DNA from: an uncultured cyanobacterium
GTDB lineage: Bacteria; Cyanobacteriota; Cyanobacteriia; Cyanobacteriales; Nostocaceae
Direction of reading: 5' to 3'
Length of the DNA stretch: 64,000 nt
Assembly (NCBI GenBank): GCA_963740315.1
Contig: CAVUDP010000002.1
Span: 2,592,001-2,656,000 of the forward strand
The translations under genes were made by a program, and so were the position numbers. Of this stretch, positions 10,540 to 21,411 are shown in pieces. How positions within the stretch are numbered: position 1 is the stretch's first letter; every line of letters begins with the position of its first letter. The notes below the pieces were generated by a model. That model did not search any database and was not told the DNA's origin. It worked only from the letters and a program-made list of their open reading frames with translations.

Positions 10540-11199
10540 ATGATTCAGGAAATAATTGATATGGCTACTAATGGGCATCAGGATAAACAGAGTGACAACA
10601 ATACGATGGACAAACATCAAGCTGATAGCGATTCAGATTCAAACGCAAATAATGAGTCTCAATCGGGTGATGATTCTTCGCAGAAAAAAGGGATGAATTC
10701 GGTATTAGGTAGGGCACTTATAGGTGGACTTGTCGGTGCTACAGTCACTACATTAGCTGGTGCTTTGGCTAGTAAAAGAACATCTCAAGGTGTAAAACAT
10801 TCTTTAAAAGGGATAAAAGGCGCTGCAAAGACTGTAGGTGAAGGGCTTAGTCAGTCAGGTAAAGGGTTAGGAGACGGAGCCAAGAGTGTCGCTGAGGGCA
10901 TTGGTTATGTTGCGATCGGCGGTACTGTGGATGCCGCTAAAGGTATCACTCAGGGCGTTCAGAAAACTGCAAAAGGTGCATTGCAAGCAGCACAAAATAC
11001 AACGACTAATGTCAATCAAGCCGTTCAAGGTGCAACCGAAAAGGTTAAGGATACTGCAAGCAATATCGCTGATGGTGTCGAGCAAGCCGCAACGAATACA
11101 TCAGATAAAGTTAAAGATACGGCGAGCAATGTTGCTGATGGTGTTGAGCAAGTTGCAGCAAATACAAGCGAAGGCAATAATCAAGACTCATCATCCTGA
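10540..11199 (+). CDS. Glycine-zipper (YtxH/GvpT-like) protein with amphipathic repeats
   Basis: GRALIGGLVGATVTTLAG hydrophobic segment followed by roughly 11-periodic G/A/T/K-rich repeats; duplicated KVKDTASNxADGVEQ. Confidence 0.65.
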   Translation: MIQEIIDMATNGHQDKQSDNNTMDKHQADSDSDSNANNESQSGDDSSQKKGMNSVLGRALIGGLVGATVTTLAGALASKRTSQGVKHSLKGIKGAAKTVGEGLSQSGKGLGDGAKSVAEGIGYVAIGGTVDAAKGITQGVQKTAKGALQAAQNTTTNVNQAVQGATEKVKDTASNIADGVEQAATNTSDKVKDTASNVADGVEQVAANTSEGNNQDSSS

Positions 11200-11535
11200 G
11201 AGAAAGAGTAATTTGCCGTTAATTGAACCGAATTGGAACCTAAGAAACAAACCCGTTTTTGTTAGAAATTATTTGATTACTCCCAACAGGCTTTATGATT
11301 ACCGCCGTTGAGTGAGGGGGAAGAGGGGGAAGAGGGGGAAGAGGGGTGAGAAATTTTATCGGTAATCTTGTTGAGCGAGACAGGGGTAGGAGCAATATTA
11401 CACCCCGAAGATTGAAATAAGCGATCGCCCGAAGGAATAGTAGTAAAAATGTAATGATTTAATTAACCTTTGCTCCGGGTTAATCAAATCAATACTTGCT
11501 TATAGCTACCATTTTTGGCATAAAGGACTTGCATC

Positions 11536-12123
11536 ATGGTAAATGGAAACCAACAGAATTCAGAACAAGCGAATAATTATCAAGCACTTAGCGATGGAAG
11601 TGGTTTATCTAAAATAGCGATTGGGGCAGTTATTGGTGCGGCATTAGGTGCGTGCGCCGGGGCTTTGAGTAATAAAGGTACGGCTCAAAAGGTTAACCAA
11701 ACTGTACAAACTGTAGGGGATACTGTAAAAAGGGGAAATCAAAGTGTTACCCAAACTGTAGAAAATGTCAGCGATTCTGTCAGGACAATTGCTGAGGGCG
11801 TTAACGATACTGTAAAAGATGTAGGGGATAGCGTTAGGAATACTGCATTAGGCATTAACAACTCTGTAACTAGTGCTGTGGATGCGGTGGCGACTACAGC
11901 CGTGGGAGTTAACGACACCGTAACCAATACAGTAGATGTGGTTAATGGTACAGTTCAAGGTATTAATGACAATGTTCAAGAAAAAGTAAATACAGTTACA
12001 AGTGCAGAGTTAGATATCCAGCCAGATGAAAATCAAGATTCCAACATAGCTAAGACAGTTATTAATCAAAAGACTTATATGTTAGTTCCAATGGAAGATA
12101 TGCCAGAGGAAAATCAGGAGTAA
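11536..12123 (+). CDS. Glycine-zipper (YtxH-like) protein with 11-mer amphipathic repeats
   Basis: IAIGAVIGAALGACAGAL followed by V/T/N/D-rich repeats. Confidence 0.65.
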   Translation: MVNGNQQNSEQANNYQALSDGSGLSKIAIGAVIGAALGACAGALSNKGTAQKVNQTVQTVGDTVKRGNQSVTQTVENVSDSVRTIAEGVNDTVKDVGDSVRNTALGINNSVTSAVDAVATTAVGVNDTVTNTVDVVNGTVQGINDNVQEKVNTVTSAELDIQPDENQDSNIAKTVINQKTYMLVPMEDMPEENQE

Positions 12124-12168
12124 AGTCAAGGGTGGGTGTTCCCCATCCTACCGTAAGAAAGTATTACT

Positions 12169-14010
12169 ATGAGCGAAAATAAGCAGCCTTGCGATACATG
12201 CGAGCATAATCCCGAATATAATCCCCAGCCAAATACCGATCGACCGATCGCAATATTAACAGATTCCGGTATCGGTGGTGGTTTAGCTGGAGCCGCAATT
12301 GGCGGATTACTGGGACATCGCGTTGGAGGAGTTTTTGGTGCTATGGTGGGTGCAACTGCTGGCGGTTTGGTTGGTAACGGTACGGCAGTACGTATTAACC
12401 GCGTTGTAGAAAGTATCGAAAATTCAGCTAATACTGTATCTAAAACTGTTAACGATAATGTTAACGGTGTAGGCACAGCATTAAAAGATACGATTGAAGA
12501 AGTTAAGCCTTTCGTAGGTACGGCAAATACTGTAGCTCAAGGAGTTAATTATGGCATTAGCAATGTCAATAGTGTAGTAGATACACTTAGAGATACAGCC
12601 ACTGAGGTAAAACCTTCTTTCGTAGGTACGGCATACACTGTAGCCCAAGGAATTAGCTCTAGCGTTAACAGTATTAATAGTGTAGTAAATACGCTAAAAG
12701 ATACAGTTGATGAGGTAAAGCCTTCTGTAGTTGATGCAGTAGATACGGTAGTTAATACAGTAAAAGATACGATTGAGCAGATAAAGCCACCTGCAAACAG
12801 CGATGAGGAAATTATAGAAGATTCAGATCCCGTTGCACCAGCTTTGACAAATCAAGCGGATTCCGAATTTGAAAATATTCAATCAGTTAATACAGTAAAA
12901 GATACTATTGAGCAGATAAATCCACCTGTAAACAGCGATGAGGAGATTAAAGAAGATACAGATATTTGGGCAAACTTGTGGGAAGACAATAGCGAGCTAG
13001 ATGATGTAGTTATACCAGCTTTGACAAATCAAGCGGATTCCGAATTTGAAAATATTCAATCAGTTGATACAGTAAAAGATAATATTGAAGAAATAAAGCC
13101 ATCTACAAACAGCGATCGCGATTCGATGGCAGATGCAGAAAATAGCCAGCTACATCAAGAATCTCTAGTTATAGAGACACCTTTAACAACCCCAGAGCAT
13201 CCAGTAAATATTCAATCAACAGTTAATACAGTAAAAGATAATATTCAAGAAATAAAGCAACCTAACAGCGATCGCGATATCGAAGATACAGATATTTGGG
13301 TAAACTTGTGGGAAGAGAATAGCCACCTAGATGAATCTGCAATTATACCACTGACAACCCCAGCGCATCCAGAAAATATTCAATCAACCACGGAAGAAAT
13401 TGAAACCACTCAACAAGAAACAGTGGTTATACCAGATTTGACAACCCCAGCGCATCCAGAAAATATTCAATCAACCACGGAAGAAATTGAAACCAATCCA
13501 CGATCGCAAAAAATTCAATTCCTTAAAGGAATCTCACCAATCGTTGGAGCAGTTATAGGAGCAGTCGCTTTCGTTTCTTTAGGTTCAATTTCCGGATTTA
13601 GTCCAATACCAAATTCAAGATTAACATCAACGCGATCGCGTACAGCAATACCAGCATCCGAGCCAAGTGCATCAACGCCAGCTGATGGTTGGATTTTTAT
13701 GGGTAATATTAACAAAACTTCAACCCCAGCTTTTGGAAAACCTTTAGTTGAAGGTTCCCAGTCTACAGATTCATCTGTTGTTCCATCGGTAGGAGCATTA
13801 GTTACTGTTAGTTTTAAACCAGGTGTAACTTTAAGGGATAATGTACCACAAAAACCTAATTTCTCTTACAAAGAACAAAAAGCTTTAGATGTTGTTAAGC
13901 CAACAGAGAAACTAAAGATTCTGCAAGTAGAATTTATCGCACCTCAAGTTACTAAATCTGTCACATCCGTTTGGGCAAAAGTCGATCGATGTGGTAAAGA
14001 TTGTAATTAA
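12169..14010 (+). CDS. Glycine-zipper protein with acidic internal repeats, a second TM segment and a C-terminal globular (SH3-like) domain
   Basis: GGGLAGAAIGGLLG...GAMVGATAGGLVG; duplicated PALTNQADSEFENIQSV and LTTPAHPENIQSTTEEIET; IVGAVIGAVAFVSLG. Confidence 0.65.
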   Translation: MSENKQPCDTCEHNPEYNPQPNTDRPIAILTDSGIGGGLAGAAIGGLLGHRVGGVFGAMVGATAGGLVGNGTAVRINRVVESIENSANTVSKTVNDNVNGVGTALKDTIEEVKPFVGTANTVAQGVNYGISNVNSVVDTLRDTATEVKPSFVGTAYTVAQGISSSVNSINSVVNTLKDTVDEVKPSVVDAVDTVVNTVKDTIEQIKPPANSDEEIIEDSDPVAPALTNQADSEFENIQSVNTVKDTIEQINPPVNSDEEIKEDTDIWANLWEDNSELDDVVIPALTNQADSEFENIQSVDTVKDNIEEIKPSTNSDRDSMADAENSQLHQESLVIETPLTTPEHPVNIQSTVNTVKDNIQEIKQPNSDRDIEDTDIWVNLWEENSHLDESAIIPLTTPAHPENIQSTTEEIETTQQETVVIPDLTTPAHPENIQSTTEEIETNPRSQKIQFLKGISPIVGAVIGAVAFVSLGSISGFSPIPNSRLTSTRSRTAIPASEPSASTPADGWIFMGNINKTSTPAFGKPLVEGSQSTDSSVVPSVGALVTVSFKPGVTLRDNVPQKPNFSYKEQKALDVVKPTEKLKILQVEFIAPQVTKSVTSVWAKVDRCGKDCN

Positions 14011-14178
14011 GAATTGATATTATACAGCATAAAAAATACTCTGCGTTCCTCCGCGTTATCCTTGGCGCTACTCTGCGTTAAAAAAAATATATCCAATCGC
14101 AAGATTTACAGCCAGTAGGTTGAATAGACAGCAAAGCCAATTTGAAATTGTTAATAGAATGTTTTGAGGGGTAACAAA

Positions 14179-14227
14179 GGTTCGTAGTAAGCGCTGTACT
14201 CGCTCCGGATTTAGGGAACCGATGCCT
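14179..14227 (+). repeat. Partial copy of the MITE-like element at 40906-41031
   Basis: GGTTCGTAGTAAGCGC...CGCTCCGGATTTAGGGAACCGATGCC matches the reverse complement of the central part of 40906-41031. Confidence 0.7.
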
Positions 14228-14575
14228 TTGAGCCACATTAATTTTAAGGGGTACACCACTGCGCGATCGCCTCATAACGCACCCTATAATAAAATTATAA
14301 TTTCCATCTTGCGGAGTAAGCAAGAATACAACAGTTGAGCTATAATGTATTTTCTACTTTTTATGTAAATATTCCAGATTACAAACTGTCCTAAAATACC
14401 AAGATTTTTACGACCAAAAAGTATTAAGTGTTATTCCTATAGGAAAAAAAGAAAATAGTAAACGCTTAACCTTGTATAAAATTTTCAAAGGCGTATCATA
14501 ATACCGAAACCTTTACTTATTATAAGTAGGAATTTTGGTCGAATCATATCGCGATCTACCTTTATTAAATCATTT

Positions 14576-17500
14576 ATGACACCGCCAACTAATACTCCAT
14601 CAGATTCACATAATTCGCAAAAGCAACCACGAAAGCGTGTTTGGCTGCGTAATGCAGCTAAGATTTTTGGTGTTTCTCTTCTAGGATTGGGTGTTGTTGG
14701 CTATCTAGGCTTGGATTATTGGATTCGTCGCAAGTTACCTGGTTTATTAGATGAGCAGCTAACTGAATTTATCAATCGCCCTGTAAAGGTTGGTAGCGTA
14801 AAGTATTGGAATTTGACTGGGATAAGATTGGAAGACTCTTCGATTCCGGCTACCCAAAATGACCCAAATTATGTTAAAGCTAAAGCTGTAGATATCGGAA
14901 TTAATCCGATTCCGCTGCTGTTTACTCAAACCCTTCCTTTGAGAATAACTTTAATTGAACCGGATCTTTATATTGAGCAAGATAAGCAGGGAGAATGGTT
15001 AAGGCTTAATTTAGATACGAGTGATGAGGAACTTCCTTTTGATATTAACGCTAAAATTCAGCTACAAAAAGCGAAAGTTGCGGTACTTCCTCAAGCTTTA
15101 AATGAGCCTTTTGCTGTCGAGCCAATTAACGGTTTTCTGAATTATAATCCCGATCGAGCTTGGCAATTAGAGTATGGTGTTAATGCGCCGGTTGTTAAGG
15201 GAAAGGTAGATATTGATGGTATTACTCAGTTAAATACTTACAAGAGTAAGATTAATGCTAGGATCGATCGCCTTTCTTTACCGGATTTGACTAATTATGT
15301 CAGAGATAATATTCCGGTAACGATTCCTAGCGGTGAGTTAAATGCCGATTTAAAAATTGATTTACCAAGTTTATCTGAGTTACCTTTTGTGAAGGGTACT
15401 GCTAATTTACAGCGTTTGCAGGTAAAATCTCCACAGTTAAAAGTACCTGTCAATGCTACTGCTAATTTACGTTTCGATGGGCAAAAGGTAAGTTTTGAGG
15501 AAACTGCTGCGAGTTATGGTAGTTTAATTGCTGCGGTTTCTGGGGTTGCCGATTTAGATAAAGGTTTTGATTTAAAGGTTAATACCAATTCTTTCGGTAT
15601 TGCAAACCTGTTAAAAACAACTTCTTTAAAATCTCCTGTAAATATAGATGGTAATTTACAAGCACAGTTACTACTTAAGGGAGATGCGGAAAATCCGATT
15701 TTACTAGGAAATGTTTTTAGTCAACGAGGGATAGTTGTTGATAAAACTGCATTTAGTAAGGTAAATACTGTTTTTGGCGGTAATTATCAGCAGCTGATTT
15801 TAAAAGAATTTCGCGCTACTCCGGCAACTGGTGGTGATATTATCGCTAAGGGTGAGGTTTCATTCCCGAAGTCTTTACCGGAAGTTAAGGATTTTAGTAA
15901 ATCGAAAATAGCCTTAAATTTTGAAGCAATAGTTGCGAATCCAGAAGCAATTGTTGCGAATTACGGCGTTACCAATGACATGGTAAGATTTGGAAGATTA
16001 TTGGCATCTGGTGAAGTTGGAGGAACGATCGCAAATCCAAATGGTGTTTTAGATTGGGAGTTACCCAAAGCTGATGCCGATATAGTTGGAAGAGTTTCTG
16101 GTGGTGGTAAGGTTAGATTGGTTGGCGATCGCGTTACTGCAAATAATATAATTCGTACTGTGGAAGGCTCTCTTGATGTTGATGCGATCGCAAATTTAGC
16201 TACAAATAATTGGAATGCTGCCGTTAATGCCAATAGTTTAGCTTTAAATCCGTTTTTAGCGAAAGTTGAGAATGTCGGGGAAAGGATAAAACAAACTAGA
16301 ATATTTTTACAGCGTGGTAATGTACGGTTAGCCGGAAGTTTAAATGATTTCGATTTTGCGAAAATTCGAGGTGATGTCGATTTAAATTTAAATGTCAATC
16401 AAGGGAATGTTGCCGTCAACGGGAATTTAAATCGAGGCATTTTGACGGCGAATGCTGATGCTAGGGGAATTGGTTTAAATAAAATTGTGCCGGAGTTACC
16501 AATAGCTGTGACGGTGGCGAATAGTAAAGTTAATGTTTCGGGTAGGGTAAAAGAGTTAATTAATTATCAATCGATTGATAGTTTAGATAGTTTCCGCGCT
16601 TCTGTTAACGGAAATTTGATTTTACCGGAAGTTAAGGGAAGAGGTAGAGTTAATTTCAACGGTAATGGCAATTTTGCAACGAAAAATTGGAATTTGGTAG
16701 CGAATGCGAATTCTTTCCCCGTCACATCTTTATTATCGGCAGAGCAGAAAAAGCAATTTAGATTAAATCAATTAAAGCAGCCAGTTACTTTACGACGCGG
16801 TAATGTCAGATTAGCTGGAAATTTAGATATTATCAATGATTTTGATTTATCTAAGGTTAACGGTAATGCCGATTTAAATTTAGCCGTTAATAATGGTACG
16901 GTGAGAGTTGACGGTAATTTAAACTCTGGTATATTACAAGCGAATGTCAACGCTAATAGTGTTCCCGCAAATCCGTTTTTACCGGAATTACCAATACCCG
17001 TTACGGTTGCGAATACTAGAGTCAATCTTTCTGGTAGGGTAAATCAACTTCTAGAATTTGAATCGATTGAGAAATTAGAAAAATTAAATAGTTTCCGAGC
17101 TACCGCGAATGGAAGATTAATAGTACCTGGTAGTAGAGGTGATATCAATTTTAATGCCAATGGTAATTTAGCAACGAATAATTTACAGGCTGTTGTAAAT
17201 GCAAATCGAATTTCGTTAAATCAAGTTTTACCAGATACACCTTTACCCGTCACGGTAAATAATAGTCAGGTAAACGTAACTGGTAAGATAAATCAACTGC
17301 TCGCAAACAACTTTAATAATCTCAACGCCGATGTTAAAGCAAATTTGGGAGTCGCCAAAGGTACTGTAAATGCGATCGCCAATCTCAACAATGGTAAAAT
17401 CGCTAGCAATATCAACGCGAATAACGTCAACACTCCTTTATTGTGTCGCAGCTTTAATATATCTTGTCCGGATCTTTCCCAACTATCGGCTAAATTAAAC

Positions 17501-20500
17501 TTGACGGGAGAAGTTAAACCTTTATTAGCAGGGAATCCGATTTTAATTCAAGCTAACCAAGCTTATGTTACCACCCTGCAACAAGAATTAAACGCCAAAG
17601 GACAAATTGTTATTGTACCTGGTAACGATGGAATATCTTCTTGGAATGTTGCTACAGATTTAAACGTGGATGTAAATTCCAACTTAGCAAAACTTCCTTT
17701 ACAATCTATAGCGCGAGAGTTAGATGAAGAAGGCATACCAAAAGTTAAAGGTAGAGCAGACTTTTCCGGCAGACTTATTGGTAGAAACTTGATTTCAGCA
17801 CCTTTTGCTCCCGGTAACGTCAGATTAGCAGGAAATTTAAACTTAAGAAATCTTGCTTTAGATAAAATTGCATTTCAACCTTTATTACAAGGTCCAATTG
17901 ACGTAAACTTAGGAAACAGCATCGAAATAGATTTACAAGGTAAAAGCGATCGCATCGCCGCAAATTTACAACCTTGTACCAGAGAAGATTGCTTATCCCC
18001 TTATCTTCCCAGCTTCTTCGACTTAAAACAAGGAGTAAATACCCAAAATCCCATACTTCTTAGCGGTGTAAGAAAAGGTGATGTTTTAGATATCAACTTG
18101 AAAAATGCTTCCCTATCATTATTAAACCTTGTTCCCGTCGTAGAAGAAACCATCGGTACTACTGTAGATGGTAAAGCAACTGGAAACCTTGACGTTAACC
18201 TCTTCAATTTAGCAACCGCTGGAAATATTAACGTCGAGAATCCTGCCATCGGTGCTGTCAAAGCCAAAGAATTCGCTGCTGACTTCTCTTATGATGGTGA
18301 TGTTGCTCGTATCGATGCTGCAACTTTGCAAATCGGTAAAACTGAATATGCTTTGCAAGGTAACTATAATTTAAAATCCCAAGATATTAACGGTAGATTG
18401 GTAGCGAATGCTGGCAGAGTACAAGATATTTTCGCTGCTGTAAACGTATTTAACTTAGAAGATTTGCAGGGTGGAGTTAATAGTATACTAAATCCCGAAT
18501 ACGGTGATGCTGCTAATGTACCAACTCAACCCGTCGGAAAACCCGAAGCTCCCATACTCGCACAACTACGCTTATTTGCAGAAGTTGTTAAACGAATTCA
18601 ACAACAAGCTGTTTTAGCTCAAGAAGATAATACCATTCAATTTGATATCCAAGGCAAATATGATGCCGAAGTTGCCGTTGCTGGAAAGCTGACAAATCCC
18701 CAAGTTAATTTTCTCGTACAAGGTAACAATTGGGAATGGCGACCTCAATCCGAATATGTGACATATAATCCTCGTGAAGGTGTTGTTGTCAAACAAAATC
18801 AAGCTATAGATATTAATCAAGTAGTAGCCAGAGGAAGTTACGAAAATGGCATAATTCAATTACAGCCAACACAAGTAAATGTGGAAGGTGGTTTAATTGC
18901 TCTTAATGGAAAATTAGAATTAGCTCGATTGCAATCTTCGGGAGTTGTGCAAATTCAAAATCTTCCCGTAGAGTTAGCCAAAAGGTTTGTCGATTTACCC
19001 GTTGATGTCGGTGGTAAATTTAATTTACAAGCAAATTTGGGAGGAAATGCATTCAAACCCGATATTCCCCAAGGTGCATTTTCCTTAGTTAACGGTACCA
19101 TCAACCAACAACCGTTAGGAGAATTAGCCGGGAATTTCAACTATATTGATTCCATCGGCAGACTTATCACCACTCCCAATTCCATTGTTAAAGTTGACGC
19201 AACGGTTGCTTATCCCCTCCAGCCAAATCGAACTAATACCGTTGCCGTACAAGCGAAAATCGATAACCAAGCTTTACAACTTTTAGGTGCTTTCACGCAA
19301 AATCAAGTCGAATGGGTAAATGGAAATGGCGAAATTGCGATCGCGATTAACGGTGAATTAGATCCCAACGCCGATACAATTCGAGGAGCATTGAATGAAT
19401 TGGTGGCTCAAACTGCAATCAATATTCAAAATGCCACAATCAAAACCAAGCAGTTAGAAAGCGATATTAAATTAACTGCTGTCGGTAACGCTAATTTGCA
19501 ACGAGAGATTATTCAAGTAGAGGGAATATCCGGTAGTTTAGCTGAAAGTCCATTTAATATTACGGGTAATTTACCTATATTTCAACCCCAAAGCAATCAA
19601 CCTTTAACTGTAATTTTGGGTTCTAGAAATGTAGATTCTGAAGATATAATTTTTGAAGATATAGAACCTGAAAAAATCAAATTAAAAGGTTTATATAACG
19701 GACAAATTGCTTCTTATATACAGGTTTCCCGTACAGCATTAAATCCTGTAATTAGTGGAGATATTCTTTTAAAACAAGGGAAAGTTGATATCCCGAAACG
19801 AGAAGAAGAAGCGGAAAATGCCGAAGAATTACAAGCGAAATTGAAAAACGCAGCTAATGAAGAAGTTGCACAATCCAAACAATTAAACCAACCGCAACAG
19901 CCAAATAATTTACCCATCAACCCCACATTTAACAACTTTAAAGTAACTTTAGGTAGAGGATTTAGATTTACTCGAAATGTACCGCGAGTTAACTTCCGCA
20001 TGGCAGGAGACTTTACAATTAATGGTGGTTTGAATAATCTACGAGGAGATGGAGAAATTGAGCTTAGAAGAGGTAGTGTAGCCCTACTAGAAAACTCATT
20101 CTTTATTACACGCGATCGCAAACAAGTAGTGACGTTTTTACCGAGTCGTAGTTTACTAAATCCCCAACTTGATGTAGAATTACAAACTACAGTAGTTGAC
20201 GCTCCAAATTTCGATCGCTTACAAGCTGTAAACTCCGAAATCCGGGATGATGTAGTTGCAGCAGCTAACCCAGAACAAATTGATGTTAGAATTCTAGTTG
20301 AAGGTGAAGCACAAGAACTACTTGCATCTTTAGGTAATAATACATCTAATGGGGATGCTTGCATAACATATCAAAGAAATATCCGATCGACTCAATTAGG
20401 AAATCCAACTACCGATTCTGCAAACAAATTAAGAGCTGTTGTTAACTGCATCAACGCCAATAGTAAAGTAGCTATCCAAACAAGAGACATACTTGATAAC

Positions 20501-20866
20501 CCCGCAGTTGCATTAACAAGTACCCCCAGTCGTAGCAACAGCGAAATTTTATCATTATTAGGTAATCGTACCTTCGCATCATTGCAAAAACTCGAACAAC
20601 AACTTACCAGCGGAAACGAAACCGAATTGCTCGAATCTTTAGTGCTAGATTATTTAGTTGCACCTTTAGAAACCGAAATTACTCAAGAATTCTTATATCA
20701 AGCTCAAAAACCCGTAAACTCTTTGGGTAAATCAATTGGGTTAACAAGACTGCAAGTATTTCCTTCCTTAAATGGTTTGAAAGACATTAACGAAAATTCT
20801 TCAGCCAGATTTGTTTACGATTACGAAGCAGGTGAATTTCGAGTACAGTATGAAGCGAGGTTTTAG
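14576..20866 (+). CDS. tamB: Translocation and assembly module TamB family protein (DUF748/DUF490)
   Basis: N-terminal membrane anchor, long N/G/V-rich beta-taco repeats, C-terminal NPQLDV...LTSTPSRSNSEILSLLG and terminal YEARF. Confidence 0.85.
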   Translation: MTPPTNTPSDSHNSQKQPRKRVWLRNAAKIFGVSLLGLGVVGYLGLDYWIRRKLPGLLDEQLTEFINRPVKVGSVKYWNLTGIRLEDSSIPATQNDPNYVKAKAVDIGINPIPLLFTQTLPLRITLIEPDLYIEQDKQGEWLRLNLDTSDEELPFDINAKIQLQKAKVAVLPQALNEPFAVEPINGFLNYNPDRAWQLEYGVNAPVVKGKVDIDGITQLNTYKSKINARIDRLSLPDLTNYVRDNIPVTIPSGELNADLKIDLPSLSELPFVKGTANLQRLQVKSPQLKVPVNATANLRFDGQKVSFEETAASYGSLIAAVSGVADLDKGFDLKVNTNSFGIANLLKTTSLKSPVNIDGNLQAQLLLKGDAENPILLGNVFSQRGIVVDKTAFSKVNTVFGGNYQQLILKEFRATPATGGDIIAKGEVSFPKSLPEVKDFSKSKIALNFEAIVANPEAIVANYGVTNDMVRFGRLLASGEVGGTIANPNGVLDWELPKADADIVGRVSGGGKVRLVGDRVTANNIIRTVEGSLDVDAIANLATNNWNAAVNANSLALNPFLAKVENVGERIKQTRIFLQRGNVRLAGSLNDFDFAKIRGDVDLNLNVNQGNVAVNGNLNRGILTANADARGIGLNKIVPELPIAVTVANSKVNVSGRVKELINYQSIDSLDSFRASVNGNLILPEVKGRGRVNFNGNGNFATKNWNLVANANSFPVTSLLSAEQKKQFRLNQLKQPVTLRRGNVRLAGNLDIINDFDLSKVNGNADLNLAVNNGTVRVDGNLNSGILQANVNANSVPANPFLPELPIPVTVANTRVNLSGRVNQLLEFESIEKLEKLNSFRATANGRLIVPGSRGDINFNANGNLATNNLQAVVNANRISLNQVLPDTPLPVTVNNSQVNVTGKINQLLANNFNNLNADVKANLGVAKGTVNAIANLNNGKIASNINANNVNTPLLCRSFNISCPDLSQLSAKLNLTGEVKPLLAGNPILIQANQAYVTTLQQELNAKGQIVIVPGNDGISSWNVATDLNVDVNSNLAKLPLQSIARELDEEGIPKVKGRADFSGRLIGRNLISAPFAPGNVRLAGNLNLRNLALDKIAFQPLLQGPIDVNLGNSIEIDLQGKSDRIAANLQPCTREDCLSPYLPSFFDLKQGVNTQNPILLSGVRKGDVLDINLKNASLSLLNLVPVVEETIGTTVDGKATGNLDVNLFNLATAGNINVENPAIGAVKAKEFAADFSYDGDVARIDAATLQIGKTEYALQGNYNLKSQDINGRLVANAGRVQDIFAAVNVFNLEDLQGGVNSILNPEYGDAANVPTQPVGKPEAPILAQLRLFAEVVKRIQQQAVLAQEDNTIQFDIQGKYDAEVAVAGKLTNPQVNFLVQGNNWEWRPQSEYVTYNPREGVVVKQNQAIDINQVVARGSYENGIIQLQPTQVNVEGGLIALNGKLELARLQSSGVVQIQNLPVELAKRFVDLPVDVGGKFNLQANLGGNAFKPDIPQGAFSLVNGTINQQPLGELAGNFNYIDSIGRLITTPNSIVKVDATVAYPLQPNRTNTVAVQAKIDNQALQLLGAFTQNQVEWVNGNGEIAIAINGELDPNADTIRGALNELVAQTAINIQNATIKTKQLESDIKLTAVGNANLQREIIQVEGISGSLAESPFNITGNLPIFQPQSNQPLTVILGSRNVDSEDIIFEDIEPEKIKLKGLYNGQIASYIQVSRTALNPVISGDILLKQGKVDIPKREEEAENAEELQAKLKNAANEEVAQSKQLNQPQQPNNLPINPTFNNFKVTLGRGFRFTRNVPRVNFRMAGDFTINGGLNNLRGDGEIELRRGSVALLENSFFITRDRKQVVTFLPSRSLLNPQLDVELQTTVVDAPNFDRLQAVNSEIRDDVVAAANPEQIDVRILVEGEAQELLASLGNNTSNGDACITYQRNIRSTQLGNPTTDSANKLRAVVNCINANSKVAIQTRDILDNPAVALTSTPSRSNSEILSLLGNRTFASLQKLEQQLTSGNETELLESLVLDYLVAPLETEITQEFLYQAQKPVNSLGKSIGLTRLQVFPSLNGLKDINENSSARFVYDYEAGEFRVQYEARF

Positions 20867-20892
20867 AAAGTTACGCGGAGTTAGGAGTTAAT

Positions 20893-20999
20893 CTCGTTCC
20901 TTGACTCTGGCAAGGAATGCAGTTCAAGAGGCTCTGCCTCGTTTGCTCGGTATAGAGATTTCCTTTATCAGATTACCACAGGGAGCATGGTAATACGAG
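20893..20999. repeat. Dispersed hairpin repeat (CTCGTTCC...GAGGCTCTGCCTC...ACGAG)
   Basis: Short terminal inverted ends CTCGT/ACGAG and internal hairpins; resembles repeats common in Nostocales. Confidence 0.55.
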
Positions 21000-21107
21000 T
21001 AGAATTGCTTTTTTGGCGAAGAATTTGTTTAACTGTAATAGGGGATTTTTCTTTATTAGACGTTTGAACTTACGAACAAATCCAGAACTCCAAACTAAAT
21101 TTTTCAC
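20973..21107 (-). pseudogene. Truncated RelE/YafQ-like toxin
   Basis: A GTG start overlaps the antitoxin stop (GTGA). The frame reads MKNLVWSSGFVRKFKRLIKKNP, loses similarity and stops at codon 45 inside the repeat. Confidence 0.7.
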
Positions 21108-21322
21108 CCATCCAACTCCGACATCAAATCGGCTACAGAACCGCGTTTTACCTTACCTTGTTCATAATCCGATTTAGCTTGTGCAACTTCCTTTATTATT
21201 TCATTGCGTCGCTGTTGGCTCAAGCGTTTGCTTACGATATCAACGAGTATTTCTTGTTCTTCTGGTTGAAGCGCTTCAACAACTTCTAATGCTTGCTGGA
21301 ATGTTGAAATTTTCTCTGTCAT
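21104..21322 (-). CDS. Putative type II antitoxin
   Basis: 72-aa acidic protein (TFQQALEVVEALQPEEQ...GSVADLMSEL) translationally coupled to the toxin remnant. Confidence 0.7.
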   Translation of the reverse strand: MTEKISTFQQALEVVEALQPEEQEILVDIVSKRLSQQRRNEIIKEVAQAKSDYEQGKVKRGSVADLMSELDG

Positions 21323-21411
21323 GACTTTAATGTAATTGCGATAACCTTCATTATAGTTACTAGTAAAAGTACTTTGCTGATAAAATCAAAGTAGCTTATC
21401 TGTAGAAAGCC

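Noticed and set aside
10886..11311. 141-aa alternative-frame ORF overlapping 10540-11199
   Set aside because: It is a shadow of the repetitive coding sequence.
15961..20364. Antisense ORFs inside tamB (and similar ones inside carB, GH57 and the exporters)
   Set aside because: They are antisense shadows of long genes and lack motifs.
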